This document shows, in pieces, positions 27,085 to 36,992 of a stretch of DNA of 64,000 nucleotides. The notes beneath the pieces are model-generated. The model was not told where the DNA came from. It was given only the letters and a program-made list of their open reading frames with translations, and searched no databases. This stretch comes from Parcubacteria group bacterium GW2011_GWC1_45_14 (GTDB lineage Bacteria; Patescibacteriota; Minisyncoccia; Moranbacterales; GWC2-37-73): the NCBI GenBank assembly GCA_001001345.1, contig LCKI01000003.1, forward strand, positions 4,614 through 68,613, written 5' to 3'. Numbering within the stretch: position 1 is the first letter of the stretch; each line of letters begins with the position of its first letter. A program made the translations under genes and the position numbers.

Positions 27085-28401
27085 TCAGGCTTCGCACCTT
27101 TCCAAAAATTCCTTCTGGGCGGAGCGTTTTTTCAAGATGCCCATCTTGGCGACTTCGGCGGAGCTTTTTTGGGAAAGTTTTTGCAAAGCCTTGTCGAACT
27201 CGTGCACCTGCGGATTCACTTCCAAGGCGATATAGTTGATGCCCAAAAGCTTGATTCCCCCGAGGGTCCTGACGCGGGAAAGGGCGACATAGCCCATGCC
27301 GAACTCGAACGATTTGCTAAGGTCCATCTCCACCGCGTCCAGCGTCATGCCTTGGCTTTTGTGGACCGTGATCGCCCAAGCGAGGCGGAGCGGAACCTGG
27401 CTTATGGAAACCAAGGTTTTCTCGTTTTCCTCTATCGACCATTTCTCGGGAGTCGCGACGATCGTTTTTCCTGAAACCGTTTCGACGATCGGCATCCCGC
27501 TTCCGTTGAATCCCGCGACTTTGCCCAGTGTGCCGTTGACATAGCCCTGCTCGAAATTGTTCTTCACGAACATCACCACCGCGCCTTTTTTGAGAAAAAG
27601 GATTTCCGGAGCCAGACAACCTTTCTTGACGGAGCTGACCAAAAACTCGTTGCCGTTCGAGGTCATTTCGAAAACCCGCGCTTCCTCTTTGATCTTTTGC
27701 AATTCCGTTTTATTGATGGCGTCCACGTTGACGTTGTGGGTATAGAGCCTAGTCGGCGTGATTTTGCTGGCTATGGATTTGTTTTCCCGCGAAAGGATCG
27801 TAGCCATGGTTTTCGCGTCGCACGACCGGCTCCGGATGTCGGAAAGTATTTTGAGCATTTCCTTGTCTTCCTGGCGGTGCTGTTCTTCCAGATAGCAGAT
27901 TTTCGGATCCATTTCCTTCCAGGAGTCGGATTCGATTACGAACTGCGCCTGCTGGCCGTATTTCGCGACCGGAGGAAGCTGGAAAAAGTCCCCGCAAAGG
28001 ACCACTTGCAATCCGCCGAACGGCTTGAAGGGGTTTTTGAATTTCTTGCAGATGGCGTTGACGATGTCCAACTGGTAGGCGTGAAGCATAGAGATTTCGT
28101 CTATGATCAGCACGCTGGCGGCCGCGAAGCGGTTTTTGTGGTAATGCCTTTTTTTGAGTTTGGCGTATTCGGCCTCGTCGAAAACTTCGCTGATGCCCAT
28201 GCCTGACCAGCTGTGGATCGTCTGCCCGTTCATGTGGGTCGCGGCGATCCCGGTGGAAGCGGTGACCGCGACTCCGATGTTATTCTTTTTGAGATATTCG
28301 ATATATTGCTTGAGCACGTGGGTCTTTCCGCTCCCGGCCGGACCGGTCAAAAAAACGCTGTGCCCAAGTTTGAGGATATCCAACGCGGTTTTTTGTTTCA
28401 T
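27085..28401 (-). CDS. PIF1-family SF1B DNA helicase
   Basis: TGPAGSGKT, TASTGIAA, IIDEISM, FGGLQVVLCGDFFQLPPV, QVPLRLAWAITVHKSQGMTLD, GYVALSRV. Confidence 0.92.
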   Translation of the reverse strand: MKQKTALDILKLGHSVFLTGPAGSGKTHVLKQYIEYLKKNNIGVAVTASTGIAATHMNGQTIHSWSGMGISEVFDEAEYAKLKKRHYHKNRFAAASVLIIDEISMLHAYQLDIVNAICKKFKNPFKPFGGLQVVLCGDFFQLPPVAKYGQQAQFVIESDSWKEMDPKICYLEEQHRQEDKEMLKILSDIRSRSCDAKTMATILSRENKSIASKITPTRLYTHNVNVDAINKTELQKIKEEARVFEMTSNGNEFLVSSVKKGCLAPEILFLKKGAVVMFVKNNFEQGYVNGTLGKVAGFNGSGMPIVETVSGKTIVATPEKWSIEENEKTLVSISQVPLRLAWAITVHKSQGMTLDAVEMDLSKSFEFGMGYVALSRVRTLGGIKLLGINYIALEVNPQVHEFDKALQKLSQKSSAEVAKMGILKKRSAQKEFLERCEA

Positions 28402-28408
28402 ACTAGCC

Positions 28409-28626
28409 ATGCTACCCCCTTTTAAACAGCTAGTCTAGCTTTTTAGGCTTTAGCTTTTTAGGGGGGTACGAAATCCCCAATCTAGGAAGGGATGCTGTTA
28501 TCTGTTATGAGTTATCGGTTATCAAAATGCCCTGATTTAAGACGGAATGCCGTTATCGGTTACAGGTTATCTGTTATCGAAATGCCTTAATTTAAGCCGA
28601 AAACAACGGCTTAGGTGGCCGAAGCC
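28409..28626 (-). repeat. Composite intergenic repeat, copy B
   Basis: Two GTTATC heptamer blocks; TAGACT-17-TAGCAT promoter 7 nt before the helicase ATG. Confidence 0.8.
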
Positions 28627-28701
28627 TTTTAATCCTCCATTTTAAGCCAAAAAGAAAACCGGAATTAATCCCGGTTTTTCTGCTTGAAATCAATAAAAGG
28701 C

Positions 28702-28893
28702 TTATTTGCAAGAATTTGTCTGCAAGCTACCGAATTTGCGATCATATTCCTTTACGAGCTTGAGCTGATCCTTGTTGGCTCGCTTAGTAGCCTCCACGAC
28801 AAGCTTCTTTTGCTCCCTCGAAGATAAATCAAAAAAACTAAGCTCCTTGCCTGCCTTATTGCGTGTAATTTTTTGAATTATTTTTTTCAACAT
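28702..28893 (-). CDS. Small basic protein overlapping the zeta-like gene (possible partner/antitoxin)
   Basis: 63-aa ORF overlapping the upstream stop codon. Confidence 0.6.
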   Translation of the reverse strand: MLKKIIQKITRNKAGKELSFFDLSSREQKKLVVEATKRANKDQLKLVKEYDRKFGSLQTNSCK

Positions 28894-29603
28894 AATATTT
28901 TGCTTAGTGATTTCTTATTATATGGCATATCCAAGTAATTGTCAATATTGTCTATGTTAAATTTTATTTTTTCAGTCTCATTTGAATAATTTTTTATTAC
29001 CAGATTAATTTCAACATCTTTTCCAAATTCCTTTTTAATAGCGTTTACATTTTCCTTTGCCTTGAAAAATGCATCCACAAAAGCGTCTTTTGGAATATAT
29101 CTGCCCTCGAGCTCCTCTCGCTTTCTCGTAAACTCCCACGCCCTGAGCGGATCCTGATATAAATAAAATACGCTTATGACCCTGCCTTTCCTTAAGGATC
29201 TTTTGATATTTTCACGTGCGATCTCGTATTTTGCAAATGTTCCATCCATTAAGGCGTTTTGTCTATATTTTAAGACATGGTCGTATATCTTTTCGACTCC
29301 AAGCGAAGAAGCGCCTTGGATAATATCTGAATTTTTTCCATTATATTGCGGGATAATTTTTTTGATTTCATCCGCATCTATTCTTACAATTTCAGTAGCA
29401 TTTTTATATTTTGAAAATAGGATTATAAGTTCTTTTGAAAATTCGGTTTTACCCGCACCAGGAGAACCCGCCATGAAAATAGTAAACGGTTTCTCCACTG
29501 ATGGAAAATTATCAAGACTGCAAAATTTATCCAATAAAGTACGTTTTTCTTTTTGGATAAAAATTCTAGCTTCCTGTGATATTTTCAGCTCATCTCCATT
29601 CAT
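28887..29603 (-). CDS. Zeta-toxin-like P-loop kinase
   Basis: FMAGSPGAGKTE, RIDADEIK, MDGTF, R...EGRYIP. Confidence 0.8.
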   Translation of the reverse strand: MNGDELKISQEARIFIQKEKRTLLDKFCSLDNFPSVEKPFTIFMAGSPGAGKTEFSKELIILFSKYKNATEIVRIDADEIKKIIPQYNGKNSDIIQGASSLGVEKIYDHVLKYRQNALMDGTFAKYEIARENIKRSLRKGRVISVFYLYQDPLRAWEFTRKREELEGRYIPKDAFVDAFFKAKENVNAIKKEFGKDVEINLVIKNYSNETEKIKFNIDNIDNYLDMPYNKKSLSKILC

Positions 29604-29872
29604 TTATCAATTTTATCAATTTTATTATAGAAAAGCAAAAACATCCTCACAAAAAAGTCTGTTTTTAAGAAAATTACCTTCCTGTTTCTCAGTCACTCAC
29701 CTGACAAGAGTAAGAAATGATGCTAATCCGCGAATTCACCCTATTAAATCCCCGACGTGTCAGGGTGCTTGCCCTGTTGAATTTCAATGATTCAACAGGG
29801 TAAACAATTCAACAGGGTAAATGCCAATCCGCGAATTGCGAATATTATCAAAAGATTGAATATGGCTCAATT

Positions 29873-30337
29873 CTACTCCCCCTTCCCTTTAATCTCAATC
29901 CTATCCAATCCATGCTCATAAAGTTCGTCTCCGTACTTATCGATAAACTCATAACGTTTATAAAATCGCTCGTCCTTACCCATCTTCTTTATTTTATCCT
30001 CACCGTATTTCCGCAAAAAATCCCTCTCGCCCAAGCGATCGGCCAACTCTTCCCAGAAAACATCCTCGTCATATTCTTCTTTGAAATGATCGACAAGTTC
30101 TTCGAACTCAGCCGTCGGGAAATATTTCATATCTCCGACAGGTTCATCATCGACGTATTTTTCCAATCCCGCTTCCTGCGCATATGAAAAAATATAGCTT
30201 TCCAAAAAATTAAACTCCTTGAATTTGTCATCCGTCCGGATTGCATTCACCATCCAATTGCCCAAATATACCAATTTGAGCAAATTTCCATATTGCTTCT
30301 TGGTTAGCTGCACATTGATTTTATTGTTTTCAGTCAT
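29873..30337 (-). CDS. Hypothetical acidic protein
   Basis: 154-aa ORF co-oriented with its neighbours. Confidence 0.65.
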   Translation of the reverse strand: MTENNKINVQLTKKQYGNLLKLVYLGNWMVNAIRTDDKFKEFNFLESYIFSYAQEAGLEKYVDDEPVGDMKYFPTAEFEELVDHFKEEYDEDVFWEELADRLGERDFLRKYGEDKIKKMGKDERFYKRYEFIDKYGDELYEHGLDRIEIKGKGE

Positions 30338-30391
30338 ATTTTTTTGAAATCCATATCCCAGCCATATATGATTGTATGGAATTATATAAGA

Positions 30392-31282
30392 TTATTTTTC
30401 ATACTTGAATCCGGCTCCTATTTTCCAAACCCCTTTTTCCCTAAACGCCGGGATGTTTTGGCGGCGGGCGGCGTTGAAGATAGCCGGCGCCGATTTCTCG
30501 TGACCCTTGGCGTATTCCGAAAGGGTAATTATTTTTTCGCCTTTGAGATAGGCAATCCTTTTGTGCAGAGATTCCATAAGCGCTAACGCCAGGATTTTTT
30601 CCATCGTCTTGGTGTTCTTTTTGTCACGGTAATCTCCGAATGCCTTGTAGTATTCGGCTTTTTCCTTATCCCTAATTATGATCGGCACGAGCCCGAGTCT
30701 CATCAATTGGTAGCAGATGATCACGCGCCCGATGCGCCCGTTGCCGTCGCAAAACGGGTGGACGGTCTCGAAGTCAAGATGGAATTTCGCGATTTTTTCC
30801 AAAAAGTACGCATCCAGTTCTTTTGAATATTCCTGCAGAGTCGAGTCTATCATAAGCTCGACATGCTCGGGCGCAGGCGCTATATGCGTGCCGACCCTGA
30901 CGTATTCATATTGCTTGCGGAATCTTCCGGCGATGCCGTCATTTATGCCCCCGATCAACATCTGGTGCATCAGTAAAATAAGCTCTTTGTCGATTTCTTT
31001 TTCTTGCGACTTCGTTCGGATATATTCCATGACACGTGCAAGATTCTTCGCTTCAAATATTTCGCGGACATTCAAATCGCGCGAGACCTCCATCTCCAGC
31101 AGGATTTTCTCCGTTTCCTTGAGCGTAAGGGTTGAATTTTCAATGGCATTCGAGTTATAAACGCTTTCCGGCACCTCCGCCTCATCAATCATAACCAAAA
31201 GCGCCTCCTTGCCCTTTCTGAGGGAGTCGAATTCATTTTTAAGCTCTTGTATGCGCTTTTTAATCGGATTTGTTATGGCCAT
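30392..31282 (-). CDS. Fic-family protein with N-terminal inhibitory motif and C-terminal HTH
   Basis: SNAIEN inhibitory motif; HPFCDGNGRIGR. Confidence 0.92.
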   Translation of the reverse strand: MAITNPIKKRIQELKNEFDSLRKGKEALLVMIDEAEVPESVYNSNAIENSTLTLKETEKILLEMEVSRDLNVREIFEAKNLARVMEYIRTKSQEKEIDKELILLMHQMLIGGINDGIAGRFRKQYEYVRVGTHIAPAPEHVELMIDSTLQEYSKELDAYFLEKIAKFHLDFETVHPFCDGNGRIGRVIICYQLMRLGLVPIIIRDKEKAEYYKAFGDYRDKKNTKTMEKILALALMESLHKRIAYLKGEKIITLSEYAKGHEKSAPAIFNAARRQNIPAFREKGVWKIGAGFKYEK

Positions 31283-31307
31283 ATTTTTTAGTGAATATTA
31301 CAATAAC

Positions 31308-31336
31308 ATCATATCATATTCACGTTTTTTTGTCAA
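31308..31336 (-). promoter_or_regulatory. Sigma-70 promoter of the fic gene, flanked by repeated GTGAATAT sites
   Basis: TTGACA-17-TATGAT; TTTAGTGAATATTA at 31287-31300 and 31339-31352. Confidence 0.65.
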
Positions 31337-31469
31337 TATTTAGTGAATATTATCAATATATTGCATAAATTCACTACTTTTTATAGACCATTTCTGCCCT
31401 TAAGGCTTAAATGGGCCTCTTTTATGGAGATGGCATTAGTCAATTTTGTGAAGGTTTTTTATTTTCATT

Positions 31470-31889
31470 TTACTTTTTGCGAAGTTTGAGGGATTTGACG
31501 GTGATGATGGCAAGGCTTGTGATGAGAAAGGTTACGGGGAGAGCAAAAATAAACATCTCCTTGAGACTTGGGAAAAGCAAATCTCCGCTAGGAGAAGCTG
31601 TAAAAATCAAAATAATTGAAATCGGAACATAAATAACCGCAAATTTTTTCCATGCATAAAAAACTTGTTCGCGCAAAAACAGCAACAGGAAAGAAATAAT
31701 AAAAATAGGAACAGAAAAAACAAAAAGTGGCACAAAAATAGGGTTGTAACGATCTATATATTTGTGCAAACACCCTATATCATCCTTTTCACAAAGACCT
31801 AAAATTTCTGGCGAACCGAGTGCGAGGCTTAGCAAGATTATAAACACAGAAAAAGCAATAGTCGAATAGATTTTCTTTTTGTAGCTCAT
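31470..31889 (-). CDS. Four-TM membrane protein
   Basis: Four hydrophobic segments and a Cys pair in a loop. Confidence 0.7.
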   Translation of the reverse strand: MSYKKKIYSTIAFSVFIILLSLALGSPEILGLCEKDDIGCLHKYIDRYNPIFVPLFVFSVPIFIISFLLLFLREQVFYAWKKFAVIYVPISIILIFTASPSGDLLFPSLKEMFIFALPVTFLITSLAIITVKSLKLRKK

Positions 31890-31914
31890 TTTTTTATTTT
31901 TAAAAATTATAAAC

Positions 31915-34900
31915 TTAATCAATTAATTGGATTCGCTCTATAATCACTATCAGCTTTTCCGCTTCCTCTTTCGGAATACGGAATTTTTCCGGAGCATTTT
32001 CCCTGCTGAACGTTTCTATTTGCTGTTTCACATTGGCAAGCATGGCATTGGTCGCTATGTTATGGCCTTTTTCCAGCTGCTTCCTGGCATTGCCTATCTT
32101 GTCGATGAGCCTGTCTTTGACCGTTTGATGGATGTCCAGAAAGCCGATCATCTTTTCGAGGATTTCCAATGATGTTTCCTTGCTTGCCTCCTCTCCAGGA
32201 CGGATAATGAAATCTTTCTCCCCGTCTCCGTTAATGTCTATTTCCATCTCTCCGACGGAATCGGAAATCGCTATTTCGGCGATCATCCCTTCCATAACCG
32301 GGATGTTTTCAAAAGTCGTGTTTTTCGTTTCGCCTGTTCCGAAAACCTCGTCGATCTCAAAGGTGAATGTCCCCAGATCCTCTCCCTTGAGTATAACATC
32401 TTGAGCGATTCTCCCCTCCGCTCCGGCGTATTTCGTTTCGCCGAATTCCATATAATACGAGTTCGGCACTTCTTGTTCATATCGCCGGATGTCCGAATCC
32501 TGGTCATTGTTTTCGATGATGCCGATATGGTTTCCATTTTCATCTATTATGTCGATCTTAACCGGTGAATGCAGACGGTATCTTAAACGTTTATACTCTT
32601 TTTCTACTTTTGGCTTTTCTGTTGAAATATAAGTTACTTGTTCTTTTTTATTTTGAATAATATTTTTTATAAAGTCTTGCAATGGTGTAGCTTCCAGTAT
32701 ATCAGCATGGTTCCTACTTATTCTAAACTTAAGATCCAAAGGGTTATTGTAAAGTTTGAGATTCAAATAATACCTCTCCTCCCCCTCCATCGCCGCCGCG
32801 CTAGGGACGACCACCGTTTCGTCCCCGTCCTCGGTCAGGATCAACTTGCGGTCGAGGTTGCTGAGATTGTCCGGGCAAAAGAGAATGTCGCAATCGTCAT
32901 AACTTATTCCGCGCACCGTATCCAAGCCCCAGCCGGCGATTTGGATCACTTCCATATGCTCCGGCGCTCGCCAAGAATCAAGATTATTATGGGTCTCAAT
33001 GGAGCGGGAAAGGAAGGTGTTTTTCAGGACATTGGGCGAATCGGTGTCGTCCTCCTCCGGCTCCGTGCGCTCTCCGTTGTCCCCAAGCAAAAAGCTTTTG
33101 AACGAACCGAAACCGCTTATGCTCTCGCCGTAGATGGAACGGAAATCATAAATATCCCTGACATCATAATCAAATTCGATGACCGGACTTTGCACGATTT
33201 CGAAATATTTTTTCGACGGCAGAAGGTTGTAGGCGCTGGCCATGTTCTCTCCCAAGCCACGCGCAGTCTCCTTATCCAGAAGCAATCCCTTGAGAAGATT
33301 GATACCGTCCCCATGAAGAAGCCCCGCCATAGCTTTGGGCGTCCCGATTTGGGGCGTGCCGACCATGATCAGCCTGTCCACAAGACCAGCCTCTCCGGAT
33401 TTTTCCAAACGGTCGATGACCACTTTCGCCAGCAAGCCCCCGTTGCTGTGCCCGACAAGTGAAACCTTTCCGCTCTTGGAAGACTTCGCCATTTCGCGGA
33501 TCTGCTCAAGGACATTGGCCGTGCTCCCGTCCTCAAGCCTCGTCCCTTCGTCGACGATCTCTTCCAATGGCATGCGCCAATCATATGGGAAAGCGCGCCA
33601 TTCCTTGATCGCCCCGCTCTCGACGAATTCGTCCATCGACAGCATGAATTTTTTGTACACGTTGTCGGCGAAACCGAACGCTTCGTCTATCGCGTCGCGG
33701 GTATAGATGCCGGGATCGACGCTCTCTCCGCTTTCCGGATCCATAAATAGCTGCCGGACATCCTGGTTGCGGTTAGGCTCCCAGAGCTGATCTTCAGTTC
33801 CTATTACGCCTTCACGGTATAGCCGGCTGGCCTGATGGCCGGGCAGGAAAAGGACGCTGGAATGGCAATTTTCCTGACAAGCCGATCCGACAGCGTCTTC
33901 GTGCTTAAATTCTTGTGCCCAAGGATAATAATCGATTATCTTGCCGGAACCGTACGGATTATCGCAAATCTTGTCATTATTCGAATCTACACACTTAGCT
34001 TCGTTCTTTTTCCAATAATTGCCACCGATCGGCAAATCGAGATTGAAAGAAATACCGTTAGAAAAATTGGCCTGAAATATCGAAATGCTAGTCCCCATGA
34101 AATTATTATTGTAAAACAGGTTGTTGTTACTGCTGGACAAATAAGCTCTTTCGAGAGTGTTTTTCCTGATAATATTATTGTCGGACCCCGAAAAATCGAT
34201 AGTGATATTTTTATCCGGAGAAGTTATGTTTTCCAACAAAGAACCCTTCGTATTCAAAAAACGTATCTGGGCGTTATTTTCCGATAATGTCAGGTTTCTA
34301 AATGTCACATCGGCACAATTCACGCAATAAATTATTCCCGCATCCGCCAACCCGTCATACGTCACGCCTTCAATGTTTTTTATAAAATAAATCGATTTTT
34401 CCTCGACTTTATTACTTGTATCTATATCGTTGGTGTCTATATTCCCTCCTCCCTGCATTAAAAAATTGTAAGGCTTGTTGCCGGACATGGCATTACCATG
34501 AAGCTTTTCATAATAACCCTCGACTATCCGCATACCGTCCGAAAGATTTCCATCAATCTTGTTGTTATCCAAAATATCGCCCCTACCACCGTAAATGTAA
34601 ATGCCCGCTTCCCCATTTCCCGAAATATCATTATTTTCATAGGTGTTGCCGGTAGTACTGCCGTTATAGTTTTGCCATGCTTGTGAGACTCCATACTTAT
34701 TACCGCCACTTATGGTATTGTTGGAGAGAATATTTCTCATGGCATAATTAAGTTTTATTCCACTATCGATGCTTTGGATTATCGCACTATCAGTGACGAT
34801 ATTATTTCCGGAATACTGAAAGTAAACGCCGTTCCGGTTATTTTTCAGATTAACAAAGGAAACTTCGTTGTAACTTGAGGATGAAGAAAAATAGATTCCA

Positions 34901-35601
34901 TAATAAAAGGAATTAATGGTGACATTCTTAATCTTGATGCCTTTTTTATAAGAGGCATAAATTCCGGATCCCGTGCCGGTTCCCGTGATGGAGTGGCCAT
35001 TACCATCCAATGTTATATTATCGCTGTTTATCTGGATAGACTCGTTCACGTCTTGCGTCAAGGCGCAGGTTTTGCTGGCCACATCCCAGCTACCGATAGA
35101 TCCACAATCCCCTCCGGTAGCGTCATTTTTTATGAATTTCGTGCTCTTTCTCGGCTGGATGAAAATCACATGCCTTTCGCCTATGTCTTGGACGAAAGAA
35201 AACGAGCCTTCCGCGTCGGTGGCGAATGGCTCGTGATTTTGATAACCGTCCTGGTATTTGTGATACGTCGTTTTGGGACTGAGTCCGGAAAGGACCATTT
35301 GGGAAGACTCGGCGGCGCCTGAAGATTCCACTTCCAAAACCACCATCTCCGGCGCGGATTCCATCCTGACCGCCACCTCCTCGGCACTTTCCAATTTTAT
35401 GTTCAAATACTCGCTGTCCGTGATCTCGAAACGCGTCCCGGTTCCGGAAAAGGTCCCGGGCATATGCGGAAATTCCTCGGCGGTTTGGGCGAAAGAAACC
35501 GGCGCGGCGAAAAGCAAAAATGACGCTACTGACAAAAAGAAAGTAGATTTTTTTACGGCTTCGCGCATCGCTTTTTTAAAATCGTTATTCTTATTCTCCA
35601 T
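31915..35601 (-). CDS. Large secreted protein: NosD/pectin-lyase-like beta-helix plus LCAT/lipase-type alpha/beta hydrolase
   Basis: Signal peptide; ITLDGNGHSI and N/G-rich beta-helix repeats; FPYDWR, GHSNGG, GTPQIGTPKA, DGDETV, NHADIL. Confidence 0.8.
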   Translation of the reverse strand: MENKNNDFKKAMREAVKKSTFFLSVASFLLFAAPVSFAQTAEEFPHMPGTFSGTGTRFEITDSEYLNIKLESAEEVAVRMESAPEMVVLEVESSGAAESSQMVLSGLSPKTTYHKYQDGYQNHEPFATDAEGSFSFVQDIGERHVIFIQPRKSTKFIKNDATGGDCGSIGSWDVASKTCALTQDVNESIQINSDNITLDGNGHSITGTGTGSGIYASYKKGIKIKNVTINSFYYGIYFSSSSSYNEVSFVNLKNNRNGVYFQYSGNNIVTDSAIIQSIDSGIKLNYAMRNILSNNTISGGNKYGVSQAWQNYNGSTTGNTYENNDISGNGEAGIYIYGGRGDILDNNKIDGNLSDGMRIVEGYYEKLHGNAMSGNKPYNFLMQGGGNIDTNDIDTSNKVEEKSIYFIKNIEGVTYDGLADAGIIYCVNCADVTFRNLTLSENNAQIRFLNTKGSLLENITSPDKNITIDFSGSDNNIIRKNTLERAYLSSSNNNLFYNNNFMGTSISIFQANFSNGISFNLDLPIGGNYWKKNEAKCVDSNNDKICDNPYGSGKIIDYYPWAQEFKHEDAVGSACQENCHSSVLFLPGHQASRLYREGVIGTEDQLWEPNRNQDVRQLFMDPESGESVDPGIYTRDAIDEAFGFADNVYKKFMLSMDEFVESGAIKEWRAFPYDWRMPLEEIVDEGTRLEDGSTANVLEQIREMAKSSKSGKVSLVGHSNGGLLAKVVIDRLEKSGEAGLVDRLIMVGTPQIGTPKAMAGLLHGDGINLLKGLLLDKETARGLGENMASAYNLLPSKKYFEIVQSPVIEFDYDVRDIYDFRSIYGESISGFGSFKSFLLGDNGERTEPEEDDTDSPNVLKNTFLSRSIETHNNLDSWRAPEHMEVIQIAGWGLDTVRGISYDDCDILFCPDNLSNLDRKLILTEDGDETVVVPSAAAMEGEERYYLNLKLYNNPLDLKFRISRNHADILEATPLQDFIKNIIQNKKEQVTYISTEKPKVEKEYKRLRYRLHSPVKIDIIDENGNHIGIIENNDQDSDIRRYEQEVPNSYYMEFGETKYAGAEGRIAQDVILKGEDLGTFTFEIDEVFGTGETKNTTFENIPVMEGMIAEIAISDSVGEMEIDINGDGEKDFIIRPGEEASKETSLEILEKMIGFLDIHQTVKDRLIDKIGNARKQLEKGHNIATNAMLANVKQQIETFSRENAPEKFRIPKEEAEKLIVIIERIQLID

Positions 35602-35725
35602 GACAAAAAATCATCAGCCCCAAGAATCTATCTATATTCCGATTTTACCACGCCAGCAACACTTCGCATAGCATTACTAAGCGAGCCTGAGGGAATCAAG
35701 TAACCAGTTCGTCAAGAAACACCGA

Positions 35726-35826
35726 ATTTAAGCCGAGATACACATTATCGATTATGAATTATCAGTTATCAAAAATGCCCTGATTTAAGCCGAAACCAAC
35801 GGCTCAGGCGGGCTGAGCCGTTGAAA
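35726..35826 (-). repeat. Composite intergenic repeat, copy C
   Basis: TTATCAGTTATCAAAAATGCCCTGATTTAAGCCGAAA plus CAACGGCTCAG..CTGAGCCGTTG hairpin. Confidence 0.8.
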
Positions 35827-35835
35827 CTACCCTTT

Positions 35836-36816
35836 TCAACCCTTTGTCGACAACAGCGTCGTGACGAGCGCTGTCATTTGGTCTTTTTTCTTCGGATCGC
35901 TCTCGGCGATAAGCAAGGTCAGAACAGTCAGAGCGGCGGGGTTGATTATTCTCGCTCCCTTCGTGCGGGTTTTGCGCAAAAACCACACGAAAGCGAACGC
36001 TCCGGAACGCTTGTTGCCGTCGACGAACGGATGGTTTTTCACCATGAAATATAGGAGGTGCGCCGCTTTCTCTTCGACCGTGGCATAGACCGGCTTGCCG
36101 CCGAAAGACTGCATCACGTTTCCGACGATTCCTTCCACGCTTCCGCCTTTTCTCTCCTGCGCGAAAATATCCGTCGCCTCGCCTTTTCTCATCAATTCCC
36201 CACGAAGACTCGCGATCGCTTCTGAAAGTTCGGTCCCGGTCAGTTTCACCGCCCTCTTGGTCGTTCCGATGGGCCTCAGCTCTTCCTTGTCATAGGCGTC
36301 CAGCGAAACCCAAGTGCCGGCGAATTCCTTGATCAAGTCCAGCACCATTTTCGGATCCAAGGTCACGTGCTCCGGCAAAAGCGCTTGGATGTCCGCGACC
36401 GCCTTCATGAAAGAGTCATAATTCTTGCCGATCCGTTGGCGGTTGATGGTGTAGCCTTTCGTGATATGCTCGCGCAAAGTCCTTGTCGCCCATCTTCGAA
36501 ATTCCGTAGCTGTTTTCGAATTGACCCTATACCCGACTGAAATAATGGCATCTAAATTGTAATATTCTACCTGATAAACCTTGCCGTCAGCGGCAGTTGT
36601 TGCATTTTTTGCAACAACTGCTTTTCTCTGCAGCTCACCTTCTTTAAAAATATTCCTTAAATGGCGGGATATTACCGATTTATCGCGCCCAAAAACGTCA
36701 GCAATCTGATCCAAAGATGCCCAAATAGTCTCATGTTGAAAATCTCCCTTGAGCTCGATCGCCCCGTTTTCGGCTTGGTAAATCACCATATTATTTTGCA
36801 ACTTTTTCTTTTTCAT
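35836..36816 (-). CDS. RhuM-like domain fused to a Fic/Doc domain
   Basis: ETIWASLDQIA..F....SVISRHL.NIF.EGEL, YNLDAIISVGYRVNS; HPFVDGNKRSG. Confidence 0.9.
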   Translation of the reverse strand: MKKKKLQNNMVIYQAENGAIELKGDFQHETIWASLDQIADVFGRDKSVISRHLRNIFKEGELQRKAVVAKNATTAADGKVYQVEYYNLDAIISVGYRVNSKTATEFRRWATRTLREHITKGYTINRQRIGKNYDSFMKAVADIQALLPEHVTLDPKMVLDLIKEFAGTWVSLDAYDKEELRPIGTTKRAVKLTGTELSEAIASLRGELMRKGEATDIFAQERKGGSVEGIVGNVMQSFGGKPVYATVEEKAAHLLYFMVKNHPFVDGNKRSGAFAFVWFLRKTRTKGARIINPAALTVLTLLIAESDPKKKDQMTALVTTLLSTKG

Positions 36817-36992
36817 TTTTTTTGGTTTTGATAATGGTTATAGTGATATAGTATCACTCATTATCCTTCCTTGCAAATCGCTTTGTTTCCTATCCTTTAA
36901 CTAAGCTGTTATTGAGCCGACAAAAAAGGCTGGTTGCCCAGCCTTCCCGTTATTTCACCTTCGCATACGCATGGCGGTCGAGATATTTCCCG

